A DNA stretch of 64,000 nt from Nitrososphaerota archaeon (GCA_041641305.1 JBEPYN010000001.1:672001-736000); one strand, 5' to 3'; shown: positions 28,900-38,339, counted from the first letter of the stretch. Notes: generated by a model from the letters alone, not told the origin. A program made the numbers and translations.

Positions 28900-31800
28900 A
28901 TCTCGGGCTCCTCCAACAAAATTCTTGGATGTATGCACATGCTCATCATCTCATTGAGAAGCAGGTAGAATGCGTATGACATCGAGACAGCCTTGACACG
29001 CACATCTTTCCCGTCAACAGGGCAGACAAACCTTTCCTGCTTAAGGTCATAGTAGCATGGCATGCCGCATTTCTCGCAGAAGTAGGCGGTGTATTTGTCG
29101 CTCTGCTCGAGAAGCCTGTCTAGAAGCAGGTAGGATGCGCCGTAGGCTATCAAGCAGTCTCTCTCCATTTCGCCGAACTTGAGGCCTCCGCCTCTTGACC
29201 TTCCCTCGGTAGGCTGACGGGTGAGCATCTGGACCTGTCCGCGGGAACGTGCGTGGATTTTGTCTCGTACAAGGTGGTGGAGACGCTGGTAGTAGACTAC
29301 TCCTATGAAGACCTCGGCCTCGAGAGCTTTTCCCGTGGCCCCGTTGTAGAGAAGCTCTCTTCCGCTGCTCTTGAACCCGAGGGCCTCCAGCTCCGTCCTA
29401 AGCTCCTCAAGTGATTTGCCGAGGAACGGTGTGCCGTCCACAATCTCGGCTTTGACGCTTCCCAGCTTACCCGCCAAGCTCTCAATCAGCTGCCCAATCG
29501 TCATACGTGATGGAAAGGCATGTGGGTTGATGAGAAGATCGGGAACAAGCCCGTCCTTGGTGTATGGCATATCCTCCTGAGGAATAAGCATACCGACCAC
29601 ACCCTTCTGCCCATGTCTGGAGGAAAACTTGTCACCAATCTCGGTGAAGCATGTGGAGCGTACCTTTGCCTTGACGAGAAGGTTTCCCTCAGCGTTTATG
29701 GTGATGAAGATACTTTCCACGTTGCCTGTTTCGCTTGGCTGCACAGCCTCCGAAGAATCTCTCCAAACCATTTCACGGGTAGGGACACGCTGGTATTCCT
29801 CGAGGAAACGCGGCGGACTCATCATACCGACTATGACCGTGCCGCCTGAGACGTCTGACTCGATGTGCGCGAACCCGTCTTTATCAAGCACTCTGTAAAA
29901 CTGCTCACCTCTGTATCCGCGCACCGAGGGCTCAGGTATGCCGAACTTGTCTCTCTGGCCGCCCGGCGTCTGCCGCGCCTCAACCTCGTAAACTCTCCAG
30001 CTAAGCGAAAGCCCGAGGCCTCTCTCCACAGACGACCTGTTCAGCACCACGGCGTCCTCCATGTTGTATCCCCGACCTGTCAAAATCGCCACAACCATGT
30101 TCTGCCCCGAAGGCCGCGTATCCATCCCAATCAAGTCAGAAGTCCTCGTATTGACAACCGGTTTCTGCGGATAAACAAGGAGATGACTGCGGGAATCTGT
30201 TCGCAGAGAATAGTTGGATGCAAAGACGCCTAGTGCCTGTTTGGCCATGGCTCCCTCGTAGACGTTGCGCGGAGACTGGTTATGTTCCGCATATGGTATC
30301 AGAGAGGCCGCTACACCCAGCATGGTGAAGGGCGATATCTCGAGATGTGTGTGCTCGTTGGTGACTTTGTCCGGTGAAATGGCGACGTATGCGTTCTCTT
30401 CCTCCTCGGCGTCGAGATACTCTATGATGCCGAGGCTCACCAAATCCCTGAACTTGGAGGTCTTTCTCCTTATGAGCTCGACATGCTGTTTCTGGAGAAG
30501 AGGCTGACCGTTCTGCACAACTATCAGAGGCCTCCGTATCCTGCCCTCATCCGTGTTTATCACAACCTCCTGAACATGGCCGTAGCTGTAAAACGCCACG
30601 TTGATGTTTTGGCTGATTATCCCCTCTCTCCGCAGCCGCCTCAGCTCGTTAACCAGCAGCGAGCCGTTGCTGTGATAACCCTCAAGCACACCGTCTACAA
30701 ACACCTTCACATTCGGCGGCGTCTTCCTCTTCGCTATAATCTCGTTAAGCGGAATAACGTTTAGCTGGAAAAGCTTATCGAACAACTCTTTCTTGTTGGC
30801 CTGGAAAGATACCTCGGCCGATAGGGCGAGGTTCTTCACAAGCCCGGCGTTGCTGCCCTCGGGCGTCTCACATGGGCAGAGACGGCCCCAGTGTGTGCCG
30901 TGGAGGTCACGGGCCTCGAAGTGCGGCTGGCCTCTGCTAAGCGGCGACTGCACCCTACGCAGGTGGCTTAGGGTGGCGAGGTAGTTTGTTCTGTTGAGGA
31001 GCTGGGTTACACCTACTCTTCCACCGGGCCAGTTGCCCGTGGCCATGGCGTGTTTGACAAATTCTGAGACTATTCCATGGCGGACGTATGTGGAGATTGA
31101 TATGGGCTGCCGTGTTGGAATTATTCTCTCCAGCTGATAGCGGAGATCGCGCAATAGCTTGACGAAAGCCATGCGGTACAGCTCGGTCAAAAGAGCTGAC
31201 TCGAGCTTGAGCCGTTTGTTGGCGTAGTGATCTCTGTCATCAGGCTCCCTCAGTCCGAGGCTAGTCTCGAGAACGCGGCCAATCATCTCGCAGAGATGCA
31301 CCGCCTTCTTCATGCGCGCGGCCTTTGTTGTCCCGAGATGAAGCATGAACATCGTGTCCACGATCTGCTCTGCCTTCTCGAGCCTATACTCCTCCGCATA
31401 GCCAAACGCTATCCTGCTTCCGATATAGTCGAGAGCCTGCTCAACAGTCTCCACACCCTCTGCCTCGCGGAAACTCGGCTCAAGAAGCTCCTGCACCTCC
31501 TTAAGCGGCGAAATAAGGTTCGCAATCTCCTGATCCTTGGTTAACCCGAGAGCTCTAAGCATGATGATGGCTGGCACTCCTTTGTAGATTCGTGAGAAAT
31601 ACACCTTTATCGGCGAGTCTTTACGGTAGTTGACCTCAACCCTCACTTGTCGGCCATGTGCGGCCGAAAGAATTACGGCGGAGTACTGTGGTTTGCTGTC
31701 TCCCTCTTTTTTGGTGACTATGATGCGGTTGGGCGAGAGGTCTTCTATGCCTACTATGACTCTCTCGGAACCGTTTATGATGAAGTAGCCGCCGGGGTCT

Positions 31801-32249
31801 TGTGGGTCTTCGCCGTGTGCGAGAAGCTCGTCATGCGTCATCTTGGAGAGTGGGCAGATGTCGCTCTTCACCATGACGGGGATGTTTCCGACCCAGACGT
31901 TCTCGGGAGGCGCGATGGGTTTTCCGTCAAAGTAGATGCTCATCTTGATGTAGATAGGTGCCTCGTATGTGAGGTTGCGTAACCTCGCCTCCCATGGATA
32001 GAGGGGCTGCGGATTCGGCGCGTCTATCTCTCTTTTTGTGGGTATGTCTATTGTGACCTGTCCAAACTTGACGACAACTGTCCCGTGTTTGGTTTTGATT
32101 TCGTAGTCGCTCATCGAGTTGACGAGCTGCTGAAGCCCTGTCTTGACGAAGTAGTTGTAGGACCTGAGATGATGCTGCACAAGCCCTTCGTCTTCGAGGT
32201 TTGACCGGAATACATCCCAGAGCTCATCCTTGTTTAGCTGCGTCGCCAC
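28896..32249 (-). CDS. rpo2: DNA-directed RNA polymerase subunit Rpo2 (B, unsplit)
   Basis: GGYFIINGSER, ETPEGSNAGLVKNL, GDKFSSRHGQKG, NPHAFPSRMT, GGLKFGEMERD. Confidence 0.98.
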   Translation of the reverse strand: MATQLNKDELWDVFRSNLEDEGLVQHHLRSYNYFVKTGLQQLVNSMSDYEIKTKHGTVVVKFGQVTIDIPTKREIDAPNPQPLYPWEARLRNLTYEAPIYIKMSIYFDGKPIAPPENVWVGNIPVMVKSDICPLSKMTHDELLAHGEDPQDPGGYFIINGSERVIVGIEDLSPNRIIVTKKEGDSKPQYSAVILSAAHGRQVRVEVNYRKDSPIKVYFSRIYKGVPAIIMLRALGLTKDQEIANLISPLKEVQELLEPSFREAEGVETVEQALDYIGSRIAFGYAEEYRLEKAEQIVDTMFMLHLGTTKAARMKKAVHLCEMIGRVLETSLGLREPDDRDHYANKRLKLESALLTELYRMAFVKLLRDLRYQLERIIPTRQPISISTYVRHGIVSEFVKHAMATGNWPGGRVGVTQLLNRTNYLATLSHLRRVQSPLSRGQPHFEARDLHGTHWGRLCPCETPEGSNAGLVKNLALSAEVSFQANKKELFDKLFQLNVIPLNEIIAKRKTPPNVKVFVDGVLEGYHSNGSLLVNELRRLRREGIISQNINVAFYSYGHVQEVVINTDEGRIRRPLIVVQNGQPLLQKQHVELIRRKTSKFRDLVSLGIIEYLDAEEEENAYVAISPDKVTNEHTHLEISPFTMLGVAASLIPYAEHNQSPRNVYEGAMAKQALGVFASNYSLRTDSRSHLLVYPQKPVVNTRTSDLIGMDTRPSGQNMVVAILTGRGYNMEDAVVLNRSSVERGLGLSLSWRVYEVEARQTPGGQRDKFGIPEPSVRGYRGEQFYRVLDKDGFAHIESDVSGGTVIVGMMSPPRFLEEYQRVPTREMVWRDSSEAVQPSETGNVESIFITINAEGNLLVKAKVRSTCFTEIGDKFSSRHGQKGVVGMLIPQEDMPYTKDGLVPDLLINPHAFPSRMTIGQLIESLAGKLGSVKAEIVDGTPFLGKSLEELRTELEALGFKSSGRELLYNGATGKALEAEVFIGVVYYQRLHHLVRDKIHARSRGQVQMLTRQPTEGRSRGGGLKFGEMERDCLIAYGASYLLLDRLLEQSDKYTAYFCEKCGMPCYYDLKQERFVCPVDGKDVRVKAVSMSYAFYLLLNEMMSMCIHPRILLEEPEI

Positions 32250-32251
32250 AT

Positions 32252-32527
32252 CTATTCACCCCACACAACTCGGTAGTAGACAGCTTCTCCAGCGGTCTCG
32301 GAGCGGCGGGTGATTTTTATGATGTCTCCGGTCTTCGCCTTAAGTCTCTTCACCATAGGGTCCGATGGATGAATGTAGGGGAGCTTATCACGTGATACGC
32401 CAAGCTGCTGTAACAGTTTCTCCGCCTCGTCATGGGGCAGAACCTCGTGCCTAGGCACGAGCACGTGTTCAGTTATGTCGAAAACCTCTTTTTCAGCCGT
32501 TTTCTCCTTCTTGACCATGTCAGACAC
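32252..32527 (-). CDS. rpo5: RNA polymerase subunit Rpo5 (H)
   Basis: HVLVPRHEVL, LPYI..SDP, IIKITRRSETAG..VYYRVV. Confidence 0.96.
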   Translation of the reverse strand: MSDMVKKEKTAEKEVFDITEHVLVPRHEVLPHDEAEKLLQQLGVSRDKLPYIHPSDPMVKRLKAKTGDIIKITRRSETAGEAVYYRVVWGE

Positions 32528-32650
32528 CCAAAACTTCTAAGCTGAATACAGCTCCGAACCGCTCACTAATAAGGGTTCATGGAAAAACAGTTCCTCGGCC
32601 CGAAAAAGCCGCAGACAACATTTATATTTTAACCAGCCGCAGCACAACCC

Positions 32651-32750
32651 GGGCCCATAGCTCAGTCAGGTAGAGAGAACCATGTAAAACGGTTCCTATA
32701 GCGGCCGGCTCTTAACCGGCAGGTCGCGGGATCAAAGCCCGCTGGGCCCG
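32651..32750 (+). tRNA. tRNA-Lys(CTT) with a 26-nt D-arm intron (24/25)
   Basis: GGGCCCA/TGGGCCC acceptor; GCCGG-CT-CTT-AA-CCGGC anticodon arm. BHB: GTAG/CTAT central helix, AGA and AGC bulges, GAACC/GGTTC stem; intron 32676-32701. TATA TTTATAT at ~32621. Confidence 0.9.
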
Positions 32751-33487
32751 CTTTTCACCGCGTGAATTATTTCTGCGAGTTTTTCCCGGTTTTTCTCCGC
32801 GGCTGTTCCCGTCACTATGATGTCGGCCCCAGCGGCTGCGACTGTTTGCGCGTCTTTTCCCGTTTTTATTCCTCCTCCCACTATGACGGGGATTTCGACG
32901 GCTTGTTTGACGGCTTTGATTGTCTGTGGAGGGATGTGTGCAGCAGCGCCTGAGCCTGCCTCGAGGTAGAGATACCTCATGCCAAGATACTGTGCAGCGA
33001 GGCCATAGCAGACAGCAATCTCAACATTATGCGGCGAGAGGGGGAGAACTCTCCCCATCGCAGCCACTGTGCTCTCGTGCCCGAAGACAACATAGCCCAT
33101 CGGCAAAGCCTCGAGGTTGAAATGCTTAACCGTCAAAGCACCCTGCAGCTGAGCACCGACGATGTAGTACCAGTCGACGCTGTTGAGGAGGCTCATGAAC
33201 CATATTGCGTCGGCGAAACGTGAGATTGACTGGACGTTGTTCGGGAAGATTATGACGGGTAGCCTTGTCTTTGCTTTGATGGCTTTGATGTAGTTGTCCA
33301 GCTGCTCCTGTGTGTGGACCGTGGAGCCTCCGACCATGATTGCGTCGGAGCCCATTTCCTCGACATGCTTAGCCAGCATCGCTGCGTCATCCTGAGAGAC
33401 GCTGATCGGGTCTATCAGGGTCATGTGTAGCTTTTCCCCAGCCCCAAGCTTTGCGTGGATGTAGCTATCAACCCTGCCCAGCTTCAA
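32732..33487 (-). CDS. Geranylgeranylglyceryl phosphate synthase
   Basis: HMTLIDP, DAIMVGGST, SLLNS, YLYLEAGSGA, IVGGGI. Confidence 0.93.
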   Translation of the reverse strand: MKLGRVDSYIHAKLGAGEKLHMTLIDPISVSQDDAAMLAKHVEEMGSDAIMVGGSTVHTQEQLDNYIKAIKAKTRLPVIIFPNNVQSISRFADAIWFMSLLNSVDWYYIVGAQLQGALTVKHFNLEALPMGYVVFGHESTVAAMGRVLPLSPHNVEIAVCYGLAAQYLGMRYLYLEAGSGAAAHIPPQTIKAVKQAVEIPVIVGGGIKTGKDAQTVAAAGADIIVTGTAAEKNREKLAEIIHAVKSGPSGL

Positions 33488-33725
33488 CAGGTTTTTCGCC
33501 CCGGGTCACCATATCATACCATTTCGTGTAAGCATCCACCTCGCTGTAGGCTGGGTACCACGGTATCTCGGCGGACGCGTTGCAGCTGCCGCATGTCACC
33601 GTCGCCGTCTCGCTGTTTTTCTCATGCGCAACCCTCACCGCCGTTGCTCCGCATAGTGGGCAGCTGAATACTTTTGGGAATGGCCGAGGTGTCCGCTTGA
33701 TAATCTTCCGCCTTTTTCTGCCCAT
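33468..33725 (-). CDS. elf1: Transcription elongation factor Elf1-like
   Basis: MGRKRRK...PKVFSCPLCG...CGSC...VDAYTKWYD. Confidence 0.9.
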   Translation of the reverse strand: MGRKRRKIIKRTPRPFPKVFSCPLCGATAVRVAHEKNSETATVTCGSCNASAEIPWYPAYSEVDAYTKWYDMVTRGEKPVEAGQG

Positions 33726-33787
33726 GAGTAAAATTTAGATATGCGATGGATTTAAACCCGATTGGGATGCCTCGGCAGGCAGCGGCC

Positions 33788-34402
33788 ATGCATAAAGGGT
33801 TTCTGCTGGCTGTGTTGAGCCATGACCATAGATTTGTGAGGAAAATTGTTGACGAGGCACGTGGAAGAAGGCTTGAGGTGGTGCATGTCACCAGCCGAGG
33901 AGAAATACCGTTGGCGGCGAAGGCGATCGTCGTGAAAAAAGGAGAGTTTCCAGACATGGTCGTGGACAAGGCTTTTGAGGCCGAGCCAGACCAGTCACCG
34001 GCCTCTGTGGTTGACAAAGCCATCGAGAAAGGGTTCATGTTGGATAAAGTCGCGAAAGCACTTGTCGCAGTTGACCCGGGTAAGAAAATGGGACTGGCAT
34101 ACTTTGCCGACAACGTGTTGCTGCGGACAGAGACGCTGTATGACCAGGAGGTTCTCGCCGAGCATGTGGCGGACTTTTTCCGAAACCATCCAGAATCCAC
34201 ACATCATGTAGTGGTTGGGGCCGGTGCACCTGCTTATAGAGAGCAGTTGATAGAAATGCTTCTACGTAAGATGCCTGACCTTTCTGCGGAGAACATCTTC
34301 ACCGTCCCCGAGAAAAACTCTACGCGTCTCGCCCGAGGAAGAGATGAGCTGGCTGCGGCGGTTATCCACCGGATTTGGAGCAGAGGCGGCAAGAGGAGCT
34401 AA
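33788..34402 (+). CDS. YqgF/RuvC-like RNase H-fold protein with N-terminal extension
   Basis: VAVDPGKKMGLA, VPEKNST and RDELAAAVI resemble the YqgF D/E/D motifs. Confidence 0.6.
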   Translation: MHKGFLLAVLSHDHRFVRKIVDEARGRRLEVVHVTSRGEIPLAAKAIVVKKGEFPDMVVDKAFEAEPDQSPASVVDKAIEKGFMLDKVAKALVAVDPGKKMGLAYFADNVLLRTETLYDQEVLAEHVADFFRNHPESTHHVVVGAGAPAYREQLIEMLLRKMPDLSAENIFTVPEKNSTRLARGRDELAAAVIHRIWSRGGKRS

Positions 34403-35526
34403 GTTTGGACATCCCCGCTGGAAAAACGCTTCTGATAGATGGGCCCGCATCTGTTAAGCTTATCGAGGGAAAAGCCTCCATCTACGGCTGCCTCCTGAAA
34501 ACCCGGCGATACTATGTGATGAGGCCTTGGAAACGTTACCCGCTCTACGCCGAGGAAGATGTAAAAATCGAGCTAAACCTCGGCACAGACGCTGAAGCAA
34601 CTCTCGTAAACACAGGCGATGAACATGTGGCGTGGCGCGAAATAGTGGAGAGCCTCGTGGACAAAACCGCGTTGGCTGTCTGCGGAGGTGTCGACACAGG
34701 CAAAACATCTTTCGCAACTTTTGCAGCCAACCACTTGGTGCAAAGGTTTGGACGATGTGTCGTGGTTAGTCTTGACCCCGGGCAGACAAGCTTCACCCCA
34801 CCATGTGTGGTCGGATGCGCCGAGATGCGTGAACCCGTCCACGACTTTGCAGGCCTGACACCTTTTCTCCAGAGACCTGTCGGCTCTCCCTCAGCAGCCC
34901 TATGCTCGGCCGAGATAGCTGAAGCGACGCGTGAAATTGCACAAGCGCTCGCCGACGGGATTTTCGTGGTGGATGTGGACGGCTGGGTGGATGGACCTGC
35001 AGCGGTTGCACACAAGCTGGCTGTGGTGAAGGAGCTGAACTGCAGCCACGTGGTTGTGATGGGTGAGAACAAACCCCTCGCCGAAGCCTTTTCACAAGCA
35101 GGCATGAAAGTGTTCACAGCACCTGTGTCAACCTACGTCAAGCAACGCGAAACAGTAACACGTCGTAAAACACGAGAATGGCTATACAGAAAACATCTCG
35201 GAAAACCGAGGACACGGCTCATACCTTATTCATGGATAAAGCTCTTCACGGTCTGTGGACAAACCCCGCCCGAAGAACTGGTGAAACAGGCCGATGAAGC
35301 ACTCGCGCAGACAACACAGGAAAACAGCATAAGAAAGAGGATGGGGTTGATAGCTTTTCTCTACGACGGAGCAGGACGCTACAAGGGCATGGGTGTCTTG
35401 ACGGGCTTCAACGACGAGAAACGCGCATACATGGTTTTGACAAGTGTCGAAGACGAGGTTCGGCAAATCGGCCTCGGCCGCGTGGTTCTCACAGAAGATG
35501 GAGACGAGATTCTCCAATTAGATTAG
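34375..35526 (+). CDS. Clp1/Nol9(Grc3)-family polynucleotide 5'-kinase
   Basis: N-terminal GKTLLIDGPASV domain, P-loop GGVDTGKTS, DPGQ, DVDGW, Arg-rich lid (RETVTRRKTRE). Confidence 0.85.
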   Translation: MEQRRQEELSLDIPAGKTLLIDGPASVKLIEGKASIYGCLLKTRRYYVMRPWKRYPLYAEEDVKIELNLGTDAEATLVNTGDEHVAWREIVESLVDKTALAVCGGVDTGKTSFATFAANHLVQRFGRCVVVSLDPGQTSFTPPCVVGCAEMREPVHDFAGLTPFLQRPVGSPSAALCSAEIAEATREIAQALADGIFVVDVDGWVDGPAAVAHKLAVVKELNCSHVVVMGENKPLAEAFSQAGMKVFTAPVSTYVKQRETVTRRKTREWLYRKHLGKPRTRLIPYSWIKLFTVCGQTPPEELVKQADEALAQTTQENSIRKRMGLIAFLYDGAGRYKGMGVLTGFNDEKRAYMVLTSVEDEVRQIGLGRVVLTEDGDEILQLD

Positions 35527-36081
35527 CTTCATAAGCCTAACCACTTTCTTCTGCGCCAAAGCCACAGCATTCGCGTGATAGATTGTGGCGAGGTCTCCTT
35601 CCTTGAAGGGCCCGTAGCTAACAAGGTCTTCTCCGACAAACTTGGGGAAATCCCTGAGAAACACCACCACCTCCAGCTTCTCATCCTCCTCGGCGTAGAG
35701 GGTCCTGGGGTTGTGTACACCGTTTCGAACCTTGGCCTCGTGAAACGACAACGCACGCATTATGTGCTCCATCGTCTTCTTCTCAAACGGCAAAAGATTT
35801 TCCAGCTGCTCCTGCCTCATAGCAGCCTCCGATATTTTCCTGAAGCGAATGCTCAAAACAGATTCAAGAAGCTTGCCCAACATCTGGAGCTCCGCAGACT
35901 TCAGAGACGCGTTAAGAGAGTCTCTTTCACTTAGCCTGACTTGGCGCCGCAGCATTCCCATATAGTTCGCCAAAGTGTCGAGAAAAATTTCATCTATTTT
36001 CTGTAGACTGGGTTCGCTGCGTTCTCTTCCCCAGAGCTCCAGCAGCTTCTCGTAAACTTCCTCCATCCGGACAAGCTCCAA
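35518..36081 (-). CDS. GINS complex subunit (Gins15 type)
   Basis: Helical A-domain with IRFRKI; C-terminal B-domain PKFVGEDLVSYGPFKEGDLATI. Confidence 0.85.
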   Translation of the reverse strand: MELVRMEEVYEKLLELWGRERSEPSLQKIDEIFLDTLANYMGMLRRQVRLSERDSLNASLKSAELQMLGKLLESVLSIRFRKISEAAMRQEQLENLLPFEKKTMEHIMRALSFHEAKVRNGVHNPRTLYAEEDEKLEVVVFLRDFPKFVGEDLVSYGPFKEGDLATIYHANAVALAQKKVVRLMKLI

Positions 36082-36112
36082 TATGCATCCTTTTAATGGT
36101 TGTGTGGAAAAA

Positions 36113-36571
36113 TCAGCCGTACATGGGTTTTGTTGTTTCCTCCTCTGTTTTTACTGCGCGGAGAATTTGTTGTAAAAGCTCTTCAACGGTTTTCTGCATG
36201 GATGCAAGCGCGCGAGCAGCCTCTGTGATGGTTACAACTCCTTCGAGCTTCCCCTCTTTCGACACGACGGGAAGGCGTCTGAACCCATGTGTCGCCATCA
36301 ACACGACGGCGTCCTCGACAGATGTGTCGGGGGAGACGCCTATGACAGGAAAAGACATAACGTCCTTGACTTTTGTCCGGCTGTGGTCGAGGCCCGTGGC
36401 CAGAACACGTCGAACAGCATCTCTTTCGGTGAAAATTCCCACAAGTTTATCATCGGACTTTACCAAAAGATAACCGACGTCCAGCCTGTCCATCAAAATC
36501 GCAGCCTCACGCACGGATATTCCAGCATCAACCACGTTGCCGACCCGCAGCATAATGTCTCCTACATGCAT
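36113..36571 (-). CDS. CBS-domain protein
   Basis: Tandem CBS motifs GIFTERD and RRLPVV..GVVT. Confidence 0.88.
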   Translation of the reverse strand: MHVGDIMLRVGNVVDAGISVREAAILMDRLDVGYLLVKSDDKLVGIFTERDAVRRVLATGLDHSRTKVKDVMSFPVIGVSPDTSVEDAVVLMATHGFRRLPVVSKEGKLEGVVTITEAARALASMQKTVEELLQQILRAVKTEEETTKPMYG

Positions 36572-36648
36572 CTTAGGCACGCCGTCGCCAGCCTCTTCCC
36601 CACGGCTCACGGCTGTAAAGCATCCAACAACCTGATAACCTTTGCCCA

Positions 36649-37869
36649 CTATGCCAAGGTTGCAAGGCCTTTGCATAATAGGTAGACAGCGGCGTAGGCG
36701 GGCAGCTTTTGGGCCTGGTTTTCCCAAGGGCCATAAACGTTGTCCCCGAGCATGAAACTCGGCGTATGAAACACTTTTACAGCGAGAAGGGGCTCCTCGG
36801 GCAGGGCGACGGCGTCACGTAGCGGGTTAAAATCTTCAAGCAGGTCGCGTGAAACAACCATGGCTCTGAGGCCTGTTTTGCCGTTGAGCGTGTCAGCCAA
36901 CCTCAGCAACCTGTGGACATCGGTTGTAACAACTGTGTCGATGTGCGAAGCCGCATCATCCACAGACAGGGCCACAAGCTTCTCCAGCTGCTGGCTCCGC
37001 TTTCCCTGTTTGAGCAGCTCCCACCGCGGCCTCTCCCTCCAAAGAGAAGAGATAGAGCGCAGCTCCTCCACCTGCCTGGGCCCAAGCAAACGGCTCAGCC
37101 TCTCATCGTCCCCAGAAGATGTCTCCAAAACAATACGGCGCACTCCACGGGCTATTCTACCACGCCAGCCAGGGTCGCTGTAATCGGGGGCATGGGAGGC
37201 GGAGGATGCGGGAAGGCCGTGAAATCCGATGCCGATGTGTGAGCCTGTCACATAATCCACAATCTCTTGACGGGCGTCGCGTCCGAGCTCGAGCACCTCC
37301 TCTGCTTCAACCGCCAGATGGTAACCGCGGTTGCCTGAAAAGCTGACTGTAAACGAGCTGAGGCCAAAATCATTCTCCATAAAGTCGATGAGCCTGAGCA
37401 GCTCCTGCTTCGTCTTCCCCAGACAAGTGTCACACACCATCTTCACCTCGGCAACCTCGCCGCCGCAACCCCCGCATCGCTGCGTCTTCTCACCTGTTCT
37501 CCGGCCACATGAGAGACATAGATAGTAGTCGTGACCCTGTTTACAGCTTGTCTCAAGATGGTCGGCGTCTATGTCGAAGATAAGCTCAGCGCCCAGCCAT
37601 CCCTTCTCCTCCATCGGCGCCTGCGGATACTGGTAAAGAGCAGCCGAGCGGTAAACATGTAGAGGAGCCTCGCGGACAAGCATCTTACGCAGGTCATCAA
37701 AATTCCTGAAAGAAAGATGACGCACCATCACACGCTGGCCAAAAGGCATGTAGCCGAACTCACGCCTCTCAAAACTGAAAGGCTGAAAAACGTCAACATA
37801 CCTCCTCTCATAATAAAGCCTGAAAAGCTGTTGAACAAGCTGCGCATCAGTAACCGTTCGGAAACTCAT
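36649..37869 (-). CDS. priS: DNA primase small (catalytic) subunit
   Basis: RREFG, ELIFDIDAD, FSGNRGYH, IDTVVTTDVHRLLRL..LNGKTG; Cys-rich Zn insertion. Confidence 0.95.
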   Translation of the reverse strand: MSFRTVTDAQLVQQLFRLYYERRYVDVFQPFSFERREFGYMPFGQRVMVRHLSFRNFDDLRKMLVREAPLHVYRSAALYQYPQAPMEEKGWLGAELIFDIDADHLETSCKQGHDYYLCLSCGRRTGEKTQRCGGCGGEVAEVKMVCDTCLGKTKQELLRLIDFMENDFGLSSFTVSFSGNRGYHLAVEAEEVLELGRDARQEIVDYVTGSHIGIGFHGLPASSASHAPDYSDPGWRGRIARGVRRIVLETSSGDDERLSRLLGPRQVEELRSISSLWRERPRWELLKQGKRSQQLEKLVALSVDDAASHIDTVVTTDVHRLLRLADTLNGKTGLRAMVVSRDLLEDFNPLRDAVALPEEPLLAVKVFHTPSFMLGDNVYGPWENQAQKLPAYAAVYLLCKGLATLA

Positions 37870-37982
37870 TCGCCGCCTCTCAACCTGCTGTAGACAACGT
37901 AGGCCGCGACCAAGACAAACCCCGCAACCACAAGCCAGTAGCTCGATGCGAAGAGAAAGTCGACAAACTGCTCGAGAGACAT
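37866..37982 (-). CDS. Small single-TM membrane peptide (38 aa)
   Basis: MSLEQFVDFLFASSYWLVVAGFVLVAAYVVYSRLRGGE; ATGA overlap with the priS start; TATA-like TTTAATAG upstream (~38008-38015). Confidence 0.6.
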   Translation of the reverse strand: MSLEQFVDFLFASSYWLVVAGFVLVAAYVVYSRLRGGE

Positions 37983-38090
37983 CCCGCAGCCTTTACGCCA
38001 CAAGATGCTATTAAAGATATGGTGTCACAAGCCGTTTGGGCACCTTTTTCGTTCAGCAGCTGCACGTAAGAGGTGCCCTAAAGCGTCTCA

Positions 38091-38164
38091 TGGGCCGGGG
38101 CGGACTTGAACCGCCGACCTCTGCTTCGTAAGAGCAGCGTCCTACCAGGCTAGACCACCGGCCC
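38091..38164 (-). tRNA. tRNA-Val(TAC)
   Basis: GGGCCGG/CCGGCCC-A acceptor, CTGCT-CT-TAC-GA-AGCAG anticodon arm, GGCGG-TTCAAGT-CCGCC T-arm. Confidence 0.95.
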
Positions 38165-38177
38165 CCCGGGAGGAGGT

Positions 38178-38339
38178 TTAGCGCTTTATCTCCCGCCGTT
38201 TCCACCGCAGGTTGTAGCTTCTGCATTTTCGGCATTTGACGGCTGTTTTGGCGTTTCGGGCGCCGCAGTCTCTGCAGATTTTGATGAGTAGGCGTCGGCT
38301 CTGGGCCAGCTGTAGCAGTGCAGGGTCTCTGATGGGCAT
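38178..38339 (-). CDS. rpl40e: 50S ribosomal protein L40e
   Basis: Not in ORF track: MPIRDPALLQLAQSRRLLIKICRDCGARNAKTAVKCRKCRSYNLRWKRREIKR. Confidence 0.95.
   Translation of the reverse strand: MPIRDPALLQLAQSRRLLIKICRDCGARNAKTAVKCRKCRSYNLRWKRREIKR

Noticed and set aside
38178-38339. Ubiquitin-L40e fusion or a eukaryote-like ubiquitin operon
   Set aside because: L40e is unfused, no E2, RING or Ub genes are in the window, and the E1-like gene is an ordinary MoeB-rhodanese.
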